Source: Lama guanicoe | Taxonomy: Eukaryota | NCBI GenBank assembly: GCA_013239625.1 | Contig: MU054391.1 | Coordinates: 4,795,824-4,859,823 of the forward strand | Length of the DNA stretch: 64,000 bases | Reading direction: 5' to 3' | In this document: piece after piece, positions 24,002-35,115 of the stretch | Layout of the letters: every line of letters starts with the position of its first letter | Numbering within the stretch: position 1 is the first letter of the stretch | Program-made: the position numbers and the translations under genes | Notes under the pieces: model-generated | The model's database searches: none | Told to the model about the DNA's origin: nothing | Seen by the model: only the letters and a program-made list of their open reading frames with translations

Positions 24002-24130
24002 NNNNNNNNNNNNNNNNNNNNNNNNNNNNNNNNNNNNNNNNNNNNNNNNNNNNNNNNNNNNNNNNCCATCCTCCAGCTCCTCCCCCTCCTTCTCCCCCTC
24101 CTCCCCCTCCCCTGTCCTCTTCCTCCCCAT
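23730..24130. repeat. Pyrimidine-rich (CCT)n low-complexity tract spanning an assembly gap
   Basis: Repeated CTCCTCCTCTCCATCCTCCAG units, a 49-nt poly-C run (23953-24001), and the same unit resuming after the gap. Confidence 0.9.
24002..24065. other. Assembly gap (64 N)
   Basis: Run of N. Confidence 1.
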
Positions 24131-24679
24131 CTGGGCACTTCCGCCCTCGGGGTGGGCTGCGACGTCCAGTGGCGCTGCTCCCTGTGAATGTTATCAGAGG
24201 AAACACTTGAGAACCAAGAAGCATACAGAAACCATTCCACACCTGCTGTCACTCTGCCACCTCCGGATGCCCCAACCTCCATCCAGGTGTCCTTGGGGAA
24301 GAAAGGGCCCATTCAGGACTGTGGCTGGTGGTTCTTGGGCCGAGTTCCTCAGATTTGGCAGAAAGAAAGAAAGACACAATGGGAGGCAGCAGAGCCTCCT
24401 CGTAGCCGCAGCGCTCAGAGCCCAGCCGAGCCGACACCCACTCAGCTGAGGCCTGGCGCTGCGGCCCTCGGGCAGGTGGCCAGGCCCTCAGCCTCAGGCA
24501 GGTCATCTGTACCCTGGGTGCTGCAACCCGTGACTCCTCGTCGGGTGTCATGAGACTGAGGTCACATAATGCCCCAAACCACGTCACACAGCGCTCGGCA
24601 CTAGGATGTGAGAGGCTGTGTTTCCACTCCAGGCCTGGTACGTTTCCATGATGTCATGTAATATTTACGAATGTGCCTC

Positions 24680-24830
24680 CTTCCTTCTCACAACTGACAT
24701 CAACATCAGTGACTACAGTTTATTTCATTGCTACAGACAGGAAACCAAGGCTCAGAAAGGTGCGGCAACCTGCCTGATGTCACAGAGCTTGGAAGCGGCA
24801 GATCTGGAATCCCAAATGCAGTGGAACTGA
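24680..24830 (-). mobile_element. MIR SINE
   Basis: TACAGACAGGAAACCAAGGCTCAGAAAGGT...CCTGATGTCACAGAGC...GATCTGGAATCCCA. Confidence 0.7.
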
Positions 24831-25157
24831 GGCCCAGCTGGGTTCTCTTCAGCTTCTCAGCACCTTCCCTTAAACAGTCGATGCGCCCAAGTGACAGTCT
24901 TAGAGGCCACATTCCCAGGGGCGCCATGGTGCAAGACGCTTAGAAATCGCGACCAGGGAGCTGAGGGTCAAAGGACACGCTAGACTGCATTAAGCGTGGA
25001 TTTCCATCCCTCGTTGCCTGGACAGGGCTAACAGGAAGGGGCCTGGCCAGTAGGCAGGACGAAAAGCACAAAGCCTCCTTCCAAACCAGCCAAACTCCCC
25101 AAAAACTTAAAGGAACCCCAATGTGCTGAGGCCACTGACTTTAACACAGATGACACC

Positions 25158-25390
25158 AAATAGCTAACGCTTATTGATTTGCTGCTATGTGGGGGGGACT
25201 TACACAGGCCAGCACTGTGATCAAAGTGTCCACAGTCACTTAATCCTCACAACGACCTTACAAGGTCAGCATTTTGTAAATGAAGAACCGAGTTGGAGAG
25301 CAGAGGAGAAACTGGCTTAATCTCACACCACTGGGAGCTGGCGTGACCTGGGGTCAGATCCAACCCATGGGCTCTGGCATCTCTACTTTC
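25158..25390 (-). mobile_element. MIR SINE
   Basis: AATAGCTAACGCTTATTGA...CACTTAATCCTCACAACGACCTT...ATTTTGTAAATGAAGAAC. Confidence 0.75.
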
Positions 25391-26199
25391 AATCAATTTG
25401 CCATTTTCATTTTGTATGACTGCGTTTTAACTTTTTACAGGGTGAGGTGGAGGTCAGGGGCCCCACTGCGGTGGAGCGTCACTTCCTGTTGGTGTCCTTC
25501 ATCACAGGTCACCCAGGCGAGGCCGGGGCACCCTGCCCCCTCCTCCAGGCCCACCCTGCACCCCAGTGCTGGCCTGGCTCAGCCACACTGGTGGGAGTGG
25601 TTTCTGTGGTGCTTCTCTGACGCCCCAGGGGCCACCTCTGAAGGTCCCCTGTATCCCTGGGACACCTGGGGCAGGGAGAAGGGGAGAGGGTGGGGACCAG
25701 GCTGCACATGACGTAAGCTTCCAGTGGGGTGGGGGCAGGGGGCAGGGGGCGAGATGACCCCAAGCCATCCGGGAGTCTGGGGCTCCTCTCTGGGCCTCGG
25801 GCCAGCAACCTCCCAGCGCTCTGGCCTGCAGGGGAGGAGCATCCCTGAGCATGATGCCCTCTGAAGCTCCAGCAAGAGCCTGGAAAGGGCAGTCACTAGC
25901 TGTGTGACTTTGGGTGAGCCCTCAGGGTCGCTGGTGCTGGGTAGGAATTGGTGAGGGTGGTGCCCTAAAACCATCCCTTCTGGAGAACAGTCAGTGCACG
26001 TGGCTTCAGACCGTCTTCCATCAGGTTGACATCACTGCCTCCTCAGGGCGGGACCCCCCGAATCCCACAGCCTGTGCTCCCCTTAGTCTCCATGACCTTC
26101 AGGCTGGTCATCACTCTTCCCACCTCTCTCATGAGCGATGGGGTGATTTTCGCCCACGAGTGTGGTGGAGGACCACCCAAGTCAGAGTGTGCAGAGCCC

Positions 26200-26385
26200 C
26201 GTAGCCAAGCGTGGCATCCCCATAGCCAAGTGTGAGCATCGCTTTCTAAATGTGCACCCCGGGGTGCCTCTTTGTAGCTTGGAATCAGCGTGGTGAGAGT
26301 ATTTACACCACAGAAATGGGCAAACGTGGGCTTTTTCTTTTGTCTTTCCTTTGGTCAGTTGTTAAACATTCACCAGCATGTCGCC
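26200..26385. mobile_element. MER63-like (hAT-Blackjack) fragment
   Basis: GAATCAGCGTGGTGAGAGTATTTACACCACAGAAATGGGCAAACG...GTTGTTAAACATTCACCAGCA. Confidence 0.6.
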
Positions 26386-27199
26386 GGAGCCCGTGGGTAG
26401 ACAGGCAGAAGGGGACCCCACCCTAAACCCTCAATTTCCCTCCCTGCACTACTTTTTGGATACCAGGGCACCCAGCAGGGCACCGGCGGACTTCAGAGGG
26501 GACAATGCCCCCACCATTGCTGGTCAGGGGCACGCAACCCTGGACCAAAGCGCCGGACGCCTGTTCTCCTCCCAGCCCTACTGCTGCCATGTGGTCAACA
26601 GAGCATCACCTCTAATGTCACCGAGCTGGCCAAGCCATGGTTTCCCATCTGCAAAAGGAGGCCACTGCTGAGAAAGGCACATGAGACAGGCCTTCCCAGA
26701 CATCGTTGCTTGGGCAACGATCCACTTTTGCTTGGGTTTTACCCAGCTTTCCACAAGCTTTCTTCCTCTTAATTTGCTTTGATTTTCATGAGCTCTCAGA
26801 AACCACGCCCCCTCCGCCACCAGCGAAGTGCACTTGAAGTCTGGAAAACCCGGGAACAAAGGACTGCTGTTCACGGAAGGCTCACGAGGCTTGCCCGACT
26901 CGAGACCCGAAGCCTGTGCTGAACAGTGCTGTGAGAAATCGTCCCAAAGCTGGACACCAGCTTCAAACTTGTCATGCGACCTCATTTGACAACTGGAGCA
27001 ACTGAGGCTTGTTCAAGGCCATATTTCAAAATAGGGTAGAGCTAAGACCAAATGCGTATAGGACCACATGTGGAAACTGGGAGAAATGGTTGATTTCCAT
27101 AACTTACCCACCCAAAGCATAACCTGTTTGTGACTCGAACTTTTCCTGAAGAATCAACATTGCACAAGTCTCCCTTAGCCATCCAGCACCTACTGGCCA

Positions 27200-27758
27200 T
27201 GCCCATGAGCTGGACTCTCTGGAGTAGCCCCTTTGGCCTCTCCTTCCATCCGATGCAAGAGTTGGGAGCATCTCCCACGCTTCCTTGCAGCTAAGGTTCT
27301 GGGTGCAAATTAGCTTGCACTCAGTGACAACTTTAGATGGTAGAAGAGAGGCAGATGCCCTCTGCCCGCAGAGCTGGACTGTTGCTGCTGCAAATTGGGC
27401 TGCAGACACGTGGGGGTTTCCAACAGCAACATGAGAGTGTCCCTCCTCCAGCTCCTGGGGTCTTGATCTGACTTCCTAACACCTCGATTGCAACCTCAGG
27501 CGGCCATTCTCTAGTAGAAGCAGAGGCTGGGGCAGCATCTGACTCCAGTCCCACTGGGGGGAGAAACATCGGAGGCAGCAGCTCTCCCGGTGGCCAGCTC
27601 CATATTCCTCCAGGAATCATTCCAGTGACCCAGCTTAGAACCTGCTCCTTCAGCCCTTCCATCTGTTTTGTAAAGAGCAAATTCCCTGTATTAAGACACT
27701 TTCTGCTTAACAGACCTAGAGCAGTTTCTGTGTCCTGCAGTGAGCTCTGACTGATACA
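27200..27758 (+). mobile_element. Ancient ERVL-class solo LTR (LTR33/LTR67-like)
   Basis: 5' TTCCTTGCAGCTAAGG motif; 3' AAATTCCCTGTATTAA...TTTCTGCTTAA...CTAGAGCAGTTTCTG...TGACTGATACA terminus. Confidence 0.6.
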
Positions 27759-28859
27759 TTTGCTGTAGGTCTTCAGAACCAGGTAATTTGTGTGCTCTGT
27801 GAGTGTAAGGACTGGCTACCTGAAAAATCTATGAGTCTTTATAAATCCTTTCTGGCATCTACCATCAGTGCCCACAAGCTGTCGGGGAGGCACTGGAGTG
27901 CCACCCTCTGCTGGCTTTTGTATTCACGAACCTGATGCTAGGCTCTCTCTAGAGTGATGCTCTACTAAAGAGAATTTTAGGGGCTCATACTTAAAGTACA
28001 TCCCATCTTAGATTTAAAACCTCCCCTAGATTGATTGATGGAGAACCAGGGAACCATTTTCCTTCAGCAAAATCCTGCAGGTCAATTTTAAAACCAGGGC
28101 AAGGTCAGAGTCTTCCATTCTCTGGTCCACAGAGGAAATCCTATCCTGAATCTAGCCATGACATGTCCCCCTGAGGGGTCATTTCAGACGATTCGCTGAG
28201 CAGGGAAAGGTTCAGGTGGTGTTGACCTGTTGGCCTCCGCGCCTCTCTGGACCTCCCTCCCCGCAGCCATGTGCGGGGGCGCAGATGCCCTCCTGCCCGC
28301 CCTAAGTGAGATCACCTTCAGGAAGAGCAAAAGCGCACGTTCCTTCACGCTCTTCCAATGCCACCCTAGGTGTCTGATCCAAGGACTGATTCAGATCCTC
28401 TACCCATGTCGGCTTCAATGTTGTGCCGTCAAAGTTGGGCAGCAGAATTAGAAACATATGTCAGTGTCTACAGCAGGGCAGGGAGGGGTTTTCCTGAAAA
28501 GTTCGGTTCGACACTGCTTTCTGGAAGAAGAGGCAGCAAGATAGTCACGAACACTCACCAAGTGAATGTTGGAAAGATGGGGGATCCAACTCTCCCAGCT
28601 CCCTGCCCCTGCCCCCCCTTCTATCCCAACTGCTGGTGAACTGGGGGACCCCCACCCCATCATCCACCTCCCAGATGCCAGGCACCAGGGTCTTCCCACA
28701 CACCCAGTCTTCAGCACACTCACCCTTAGACTTGGCCACAGGCACCCCAAAAACAGCCATGCCCCCACATACAGAAGCCCCCGGGCCATCCCCAGACTGT
28801 CTCCTGAATCAATGGTCTCGCCTGCCATACGGCATCCCTTGCATCTCCCCAGGCTCTAA

Positions 28860-29730
28860 TTTGATTTCAATTATGTTTTCATTGAAAAAGTCACGTATAC
28901 ACCTGGTAACAAAAAGGTCAGAGCAGGAAAGGATATAGAATAAAAAATCAAGCCACTCTGCCCTCAGATCTCACATCCTGCTCCCCAGAGGCAACTACTA
29001 TCAGGAGCCCCCTGGAGACCCTTCCCGTTGAGTCCTTCCCATGCACAGGGCAAACACTATTTGCTGGCTAACTTGACAGCTGTTTCAGACATTCTTTCCT
29101 TGCTATGGCGGCTGGAAAGCCACTCACTTCTCCAGCCTTCTCTGCTGCTGGGACAGACAGCTGAGACCCTGTTCTGGGCAATGAGATGGGGGGGGTGAGA
29201 TGGCCCATGCCGGGGGAAGGAGAGACCAGGTAGCATCTGGGAAGCCCTCAATTTCCAGATTAAAGAAAAAGATATTTGTGTCTGGCACTGACCTGCCCTC
29301 CCTCCTTAGTCCTTATATTTGGGTGTGATCTGGAGCTGCAGCAGCCATTTTGGGACCATGAGAAAATAAACGTAAGGATCTAAGAGCCAACACGCTTCAT
29401 GCAGGTGGCATGGGAAAGGAAGAAACCGGGATCCTGAAAACCTTGGTAAGCAGCAACTGCTTCCCTCCAGATGTGGGATTACATGAGAAAAATAAAGCTT
29501 TCTCTTTTTTCTCACCAGTGTTAATCCACTGATTCCTACAAGTCCACCTTATTCTTTTCAATATCTGCAGAGTATCCCACTGAATAGATACACATTATAG
29601 ATCCTGAATCCCATGTCGATGCACATTTTTGTTGTTTCGATTTTGCCCTATTGCAAACAATGCTTCCACAAACGTCTCATTGGATGCATCTTTATGTGCA
29701 CGTGGTGATACATCAGTACTGATTTATGCA
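28860..29730 (-). mobile_element. Ancient L1 (L1ME-like) fragments interrupted by an LTR (about 29058-29530)
   Basis: CTCCCCAGAGGCAACTACTATCAG (left). TTATTCTTTTCAATATCTGCAGAGTATCCCACTG...TTGTTTCGATTTTGCCCTATTGCAAACAATGCT (right). Confidence 0.6.
29058..29530 (+). mobile_element. Old ERVL/MaLR LTR (MLT1J-L-like)
   Basis: GTTCTGGGCAATGAGATG...TGTGATCTGGAGCTGCAGCAGCCATTTTGGGACCATGAG...TTACATGAGAAAAATAAA. Confidence 0.65.
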
Positions 29731-31289
29731 ATATGTACAAATGCGAGGCCAGTAGGCCTGTCCCCTTGGGTCCTGTCCTTGCTGCCACCGCCTCCCTTGA
29801 CTGGACATCCTGAGTCCCCATCTCTCCGAGCCCTTCATCACCAAGGGCTCACAGCCAGATTCCCCTCTTCCTTCTCTCACTCCCTTGCCCAGCCCTGAAT
29901 CCTGCGACATCCACCACCTTGGCCAGAGCCCTGGGCTCACGCTAACCTGTGGCCCAGTTTGGGTAAGTACCTTCGAACTTCTTCCTCTGGGACTAAAGCC
30001 CAAACTTGCTCTGAGCAGGCCCCCTCCACCCCACCCCGTGCTAGACTAGACAAGCTGTGGGCGCCTGGGTCTGCTCCCCTGGGCCCTGCCCATGCCATTT
30101 CCAGAGCCCACTCTCCCCCACCCCAACCTGCCCCTTTCCTACTCTGGCGAACTGGCCCCCATCCGTGACGGAGGCTCGGCTCCCACAGGACGCCCAGGGG
30201 GTGGCCACGCCCCACCTACAGCCAGGCCCTGGTCCTGGTTTCAGCACCTGTGACCAGCCTCAGAAATTCACACCAGAAACCCAGCCTCACACCCCAGCCC
30301 AAATCCCACCTGTTGACAGAAGCTGACAAGTATCACCGCTGGGTAGAAAGGGCCACACAGAGATGGGAGACCAGATACCTGAGAACACACGACCCATGCG
30401 TGCATATGTGAGTGCTGGTGAGGGCGGACACATTTCACTCCCAGCAGATCAGACTGGCTTGTGATAGCCAGCCTGTGCCCAAGCCAGCCTGAACATGCTA
30501 AGAGCTGAAACACACGTGGGAGTGGCCAGGAAGAAAGGGCTTCAGCCCAGATGTGGGCTTACATTTCCAGTGTAAAGTTTCGTCTTCTTTGACTGGCAGA
30601 TTTGCAAAGCTGACTCCAGTGTGAGACTCAGGCTGGCCGCGGGCTGGGTTGCTGAGTTCCCAGTGCTATGACTGCTGGCCCCTCTCTTGCTCTCTCCCCC
30701 CATCGCCCACTCCCACCAGCCAGCTGCATCTGGGCCCACATGGAACATCGGGAAGAGGAGGGTGGTCTTCTGAGACCACCTGGTCCAGTCCCCTGATTTT
30801 ACAGACAAGGAAACTGAGGATCAAAGAGATCAAAAAGGTCCTGGTCACTTAGCAGCAGAGCCCGAGGCAGGAATAAAATGGCAAAGCTGCTTACACGGGC
30901 ACCTCCCGTGAGGCAGGCACTGTCGGCACTGCTGTCTAAGATGAGGCTGGCCCTGTCTACACTGGTCCCCAAGGCTCACAGTCCTCCTTTGATATACTCA
31001 GTGCTGGTTCCTCTCCCGGATCAGAGACCGGAGGCTGGTGGAGATGAAGGAGCTTGTTCTAGGTCACACATCTGGGGAGGAGCAGAACTGGGGGACAAAC
31101 TCCACCTGGCTCTCCACCTGAGGTCCTTCCACCACCCTGTGAAGCCTCTCCTGGGACAAGAGTGAAAACTGAATCAGAGAGGAAGCGAGAGTGTGTTAAG
31201 GAAAGGAAGGAGTGGTTATTATTAAACAATGAAAATGCAAATGACATGCCCAAGCAGAAGGCAGCAGGTGCTCTGCAAAGCCTGGGCCT

Positions 31290-32190
31290 CTCTTCTTCAG
31301 TGAGGAAGTACCTGGAAACCAAAAGGATGGGGCACCTCAGAGGGACAAAGCTGCCGCCTGGGAAGAGCTCTCGGCGCCCAACTCTGGATCACTGTGAGCA
31401 ACAAATTAAGTAACGGAGTATTGGGTTATAACGCAAAGTTTAACTATCTGTGAGTCCACACCAATATAAATAAATAAGTGGAAAAAAAATCATAGGGGAA
31501 AAAGATAATTCACCCTGACAAAGGAATTCTACAGACTTGGCATAGATACCGCCCCCTCCAAGAGATGGAGCGGACACCGCCCTCCGCAATGGTGTGGGCG
31601 TGCCCGGTGACTTGCCTCCGAAGAGGACCATGTGGGAAGGGGGCTGACCTGACCGTGGAGAACCTGGAGGATGGACACTGCCTCCATCAGCCAGGTGACC
31701 GAGTCCCACATCTGCAGTGATGAGTCCTGTGCTGAGACCTGCCTTCCTGTGACAGGATGGAAATGTCACTTGGCCTCTGGGTATTCCTTCCAAAACCCAT
31801 CACCCAGTCTCCGCACGAGAAAAACATCAGCCAAGCCCAAACCTCAGGGACTCTACAAAATATGTGCCCCCAAAACCATCAGGGTCACAGACAACAAGGC
31901 CAGTCTGAGAAACTGTCACAGGCCAGGGGAGGCCACGGAGACGTGACAGTTCAATGTGAGGAGGGGTCCCCAAGGGCAGAAGAAGGACTCGGGAAAAGCT
32001 GGCAGCACCCCAATAACCCACGGAGTCTAGTTAGCAGTGGTGGATGCACGCCGGAGCCTGAGTTGAGATCAGTGACTTCAGCTATGTCCCCGTTAACGAG
32101 ACGGGGGCAGGCTAGAGGCGGGGGAATTCTCGGTGCCATCTTTGCAAGTTTTCTGTAAAAGCACAGCTATTCTAAGTCAAAGGGTTATTG
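31290..32190 (+). mobile_element. L1MC3-like 3' end
   Basis: GTATTGGGTTATAAC...GTGAGTCCACACCAATATAAATAAATAA...CCAAAACCCATCACCCAGTCT...GTCTGAGAAACTGTCACAG...CTTTGCAAGTTTTCTGTAAA...CTATTCTAA. Confidence 0.75.
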
Positions 32191-32224
32191 TAAACGAATA
32201 TGTCCGGCCATCCTACCGGGGAAG

Positions 32225-32390
32225 CCGTGCTTAACTCACCATACCTTAGACTAATCGGGGACTCTAATGGGTTGGAGCCCGCGCCCCACTTTGGGTTGAG
32301 TGAACGAGCATCTTTGGGCCTGGGGCCTGAACGTCGGACGTTCAGAAGGTCCCGGTGAGTCTCCCGTGCAGGTGGGGGTGAAACCACTCA
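32225..32390. mobile_element. MER5-family MITE (GC-eroded)
   Basis: GCATCTTTGGGCCTGGGGCCTGAA...CCCGGTGAGTCTCCCGTGCAGGTGGGGGTGAAAACCACT. Confidence 0.5.
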
Positions 32391-33319
32391 CCAAGGTGAG
32401 ACATGAAGGAAGTCGGAAGTCAGGTGGAATTCTGAACAAATTCTAGAGTCCTTATGGAATGAAAAAGGGCTGCATTGAACACATTTCCTCCTCTGTCCAC
32501 AGGACCTCTAAAGGTCTCATTGTTGGCTCTCTGGTGGCTCCCCCCTCCCCAGGCAGTCCTGCATGGCTGTTGTAATCAGGTGGTTGAGGGGCTCAAATTT
32601 CCTGTGGGTGTGAAAATGCAAAGTGACCTGGGCCAGCTAAGAAAAGGGCAGGTGTCCTCTTCCATCCAGCTGGGGTCACTGTCCCCCAAGAGGCCCCTAA
32701 GAGGCCCTCCTTGCCACACTGAGGTCTCAGACCTGACTGGGCTGAGCTCCCAGAGGTCACCCTGGGAGCACGAAGGCCACAGGAGGTCCCAGGAAGACCT
32801 GGGCTCCGAGCCGAGTGGCGGGGGGAAGGGGGAGCCGTTTCCGACGGGCAGGCTGGCCCCGGGCCAGCGGGTCCGCAGATGCCAGGCAACGCACCGGAGC
32901 GGGGTGAGAGGATAGGTGTGTGTAAACAGTGTTTGAAAATAGCTGTACAAATACAGCACTTGTGAACACAGGTGTTTATAGGTGGAACTGTTTTTCCAGG
33001 CTGCTCTCTCCCAACCTTCTTTGTAAGTCTCAGCTCACACCTGCAGGGACTTTCCTATTAAGCGAAGCCACAAAGGGGAAATGGATAGTCTAGGTCGACT
33101 TTAGCAAGCAGGAGGTCAGCGGTCGGCTTCAGGCCTGGGTAGTTTTCACCCAGTTTCCCTCGCTGGGGTTACTTCCATTTGTTTTTAACCTGCTCCGACA
33201 GGCTTCGGCCCGTCAGCACGTCCTGCTTGGCCAAGAGGCTGCCGGAGGCCACCCGAGGGCAGTCACAGCGAGATGCAGCCTTCCCGGGCCAGTGGGTGCC
33301 GGCTGCTCTCCAAGTACTA

Positions 33320-33460
33320 TCATCTTATTCTATGCTCCCCAGGGAAAGCCTCACTATCTATATTTTACAGACAAGAAAACCAAGACCTTGGTCTGAAGTC
33401 ACAGAGCTAAGAAGTGGAGGTTGCCGGGGTCTCCACCAAACCTGGGTCAGATTCAGAGCT
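33320..33460 (-). mobile_element. MIR SINE
   Basis: ATTTTACAGACAAGAAAACCAAGACC...CTGAAGTCACAGAGCTAAGAAGTGGAG. Confidence 0.65.
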
Positions 33461-33644
33461 GCAGCCGGAAAGGGCTGAGCGGTGACGTCTGGTGACAACG
33501 GCCCCCAGGGGATGGTGCTGTCTGTAGAAGCACAGATTCATTCATTCGACTTAAAAAGCAGAATTTATGTTTTTGTCCTACCTCATAGAAGAAGGTCGTA
33601 TGGTCAGGTGCTAACATGCTACGAAATATTAAAAATTATGGAAG

Positions 33645-33725
33645 AGAAACTTGATACCATTGAATGGCAGGCTTAAAAATGGCTAAGATGGCCATTTTGA
33701 TGTTGTGTGTATTTTGCCACAGCTT
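33645..33725 (+). mobile_element. L1M 3'-terminal fragment
   Basis: CTTGATACCATTGAATGG...CTTAAAAATGGCTAAGATGG...TTTTGATGTTGTGTGTATTTTGCCACA. Confidence 0.7.
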
Positions 33726-35014
33726 AAGCTTCGTGGAAGAGAAACTTAAGACTGAGAACCTCCTATTCAGTATGAAAACCTAACCCAGAGTAGGTGAGCT
33801 GGGCTTCCAGTTAGTCTGTTTTTGGAAACAGCTGGTGTCCGCATTCTGAGAGATCTCTGACCTCTGGAAAGACCTTCTCTGATATTAGCCTTTCATTCGT
33901 GCAGATGTGAGGGGAGAACTTCCCCATTATTGGGGGGAAGCCCTCAAAGGTGAAACACCCCAAATGCAGATTCTCAGCCCAAGGCGTTAAAGGCTGCATT
34001 TCCCAGTCTCAACGGCAGGGACGGGGTGAGGCGGGAGGCGGAGGGACACCTGGTTTGGAGGAAGGAGCACCTTCCTGGCCACGCGAGGATGCAGTCGGCC
34101 TGCCCCTCGCCCTGTCACCAGCCTCTATGAAGCCCGCAGAACGTGGGGGGACACAAGGAGGGCTCTGTCACTCTCGGAGAGGGACAGGACCCAAAGAGTG
34201 GCCCAGTAGACACTGTGACCAGCTGGCCAGGGGCCACTGGCGGGAAAGCCAACGTGGCAGCCTTGCCGGAGGTGACCAGGGTGAGAGGGATGGGATGGGG
34301 AGGCCCTCACTGCCCAGAGTCCCAACAGGCCTGGGAGACGCTGTGCCTCCAGCAAGCACACAGGTGCTCTGACGGTGTCCCTGGGACACCCAGGATGAGT
34401 GACCCCTGTGGTAAGCGGAAAACAGGGGTCCTTTGCCACCAGTAGCTTTTGATGTCACTGTATCTACAAACCAGGGAGAACCTTTATTACTTGATTTTAG
34501 TAGCAAAATCCTTTAGTCCAGCTTAAGGAACAAAGGGTTTTCTGGAAACTTTGTTTAAGAACCGTTGTTCTGTTCCAACCACCCTCTTCGACCTCCACTC
34601 ACAGACCAGCTCTGTTTCGCAGATGAAGAAAGATAGGGTCAGAGAGACAGGGGAGTTCACGGGCGGACCGGGTCCTGCAAGGCTATTCTGGTTCCCAATG
34701 TTGTTCTTTCATGCCATGTAACACTTCCTCCTGGGAAAAGGAGGGCGCCTGAGAGCAAAGGAAGGAGCCCAGCCCTCCCTCCAAAGCCCTCCTGACCCCT
34801 ACCTGGACCACCTCCACCCCTGCCTCTCCTCTGCTTGCAGGTGGCGCCAAGGAGGGCCAGCACACGGGCCCGAGCACTCGCTGGAGGCCAGCAGCTGTCG
34901 GCCCTGCCCCTCGCCAAGGGGGCAGAGAGAGAAAGCACACCAATGGAGAACTTCAAATTTCACCACCGAGATGCTGAAAGGTTTTGCCTTTGAATCTGAC
35001 AAGTCTCTAAAAAC

Positions 35015-35115
35015 GGGATAATGCCTAATTAGACATTACTTTATGTCATTCTAATTAAGATGACCTCACTTCGTAATTACAGACCCGCTCCTCCATTACT
35101 GAGGGCTAATCAGGA
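35015..35115. promoter_or_regulatory. Homeodomain-site cluster, candidate enhancer
   Basis: Three TAATTA-centred palindromes plus further TAAT/ATTA cores within 100 bp of otherwise GC-rich DNA. Confidence 0.5.

Noticed and set aside
23116..24449. Longest ORFs in the track (364, 264, 206, 184, 175 aa; Pro/Ser/Leu- or Gly/Glu-rich)
   Set aside because: Produced by the stop-free CCT/poly-C tract and the N gap; open on both strands in several frames; no homology.
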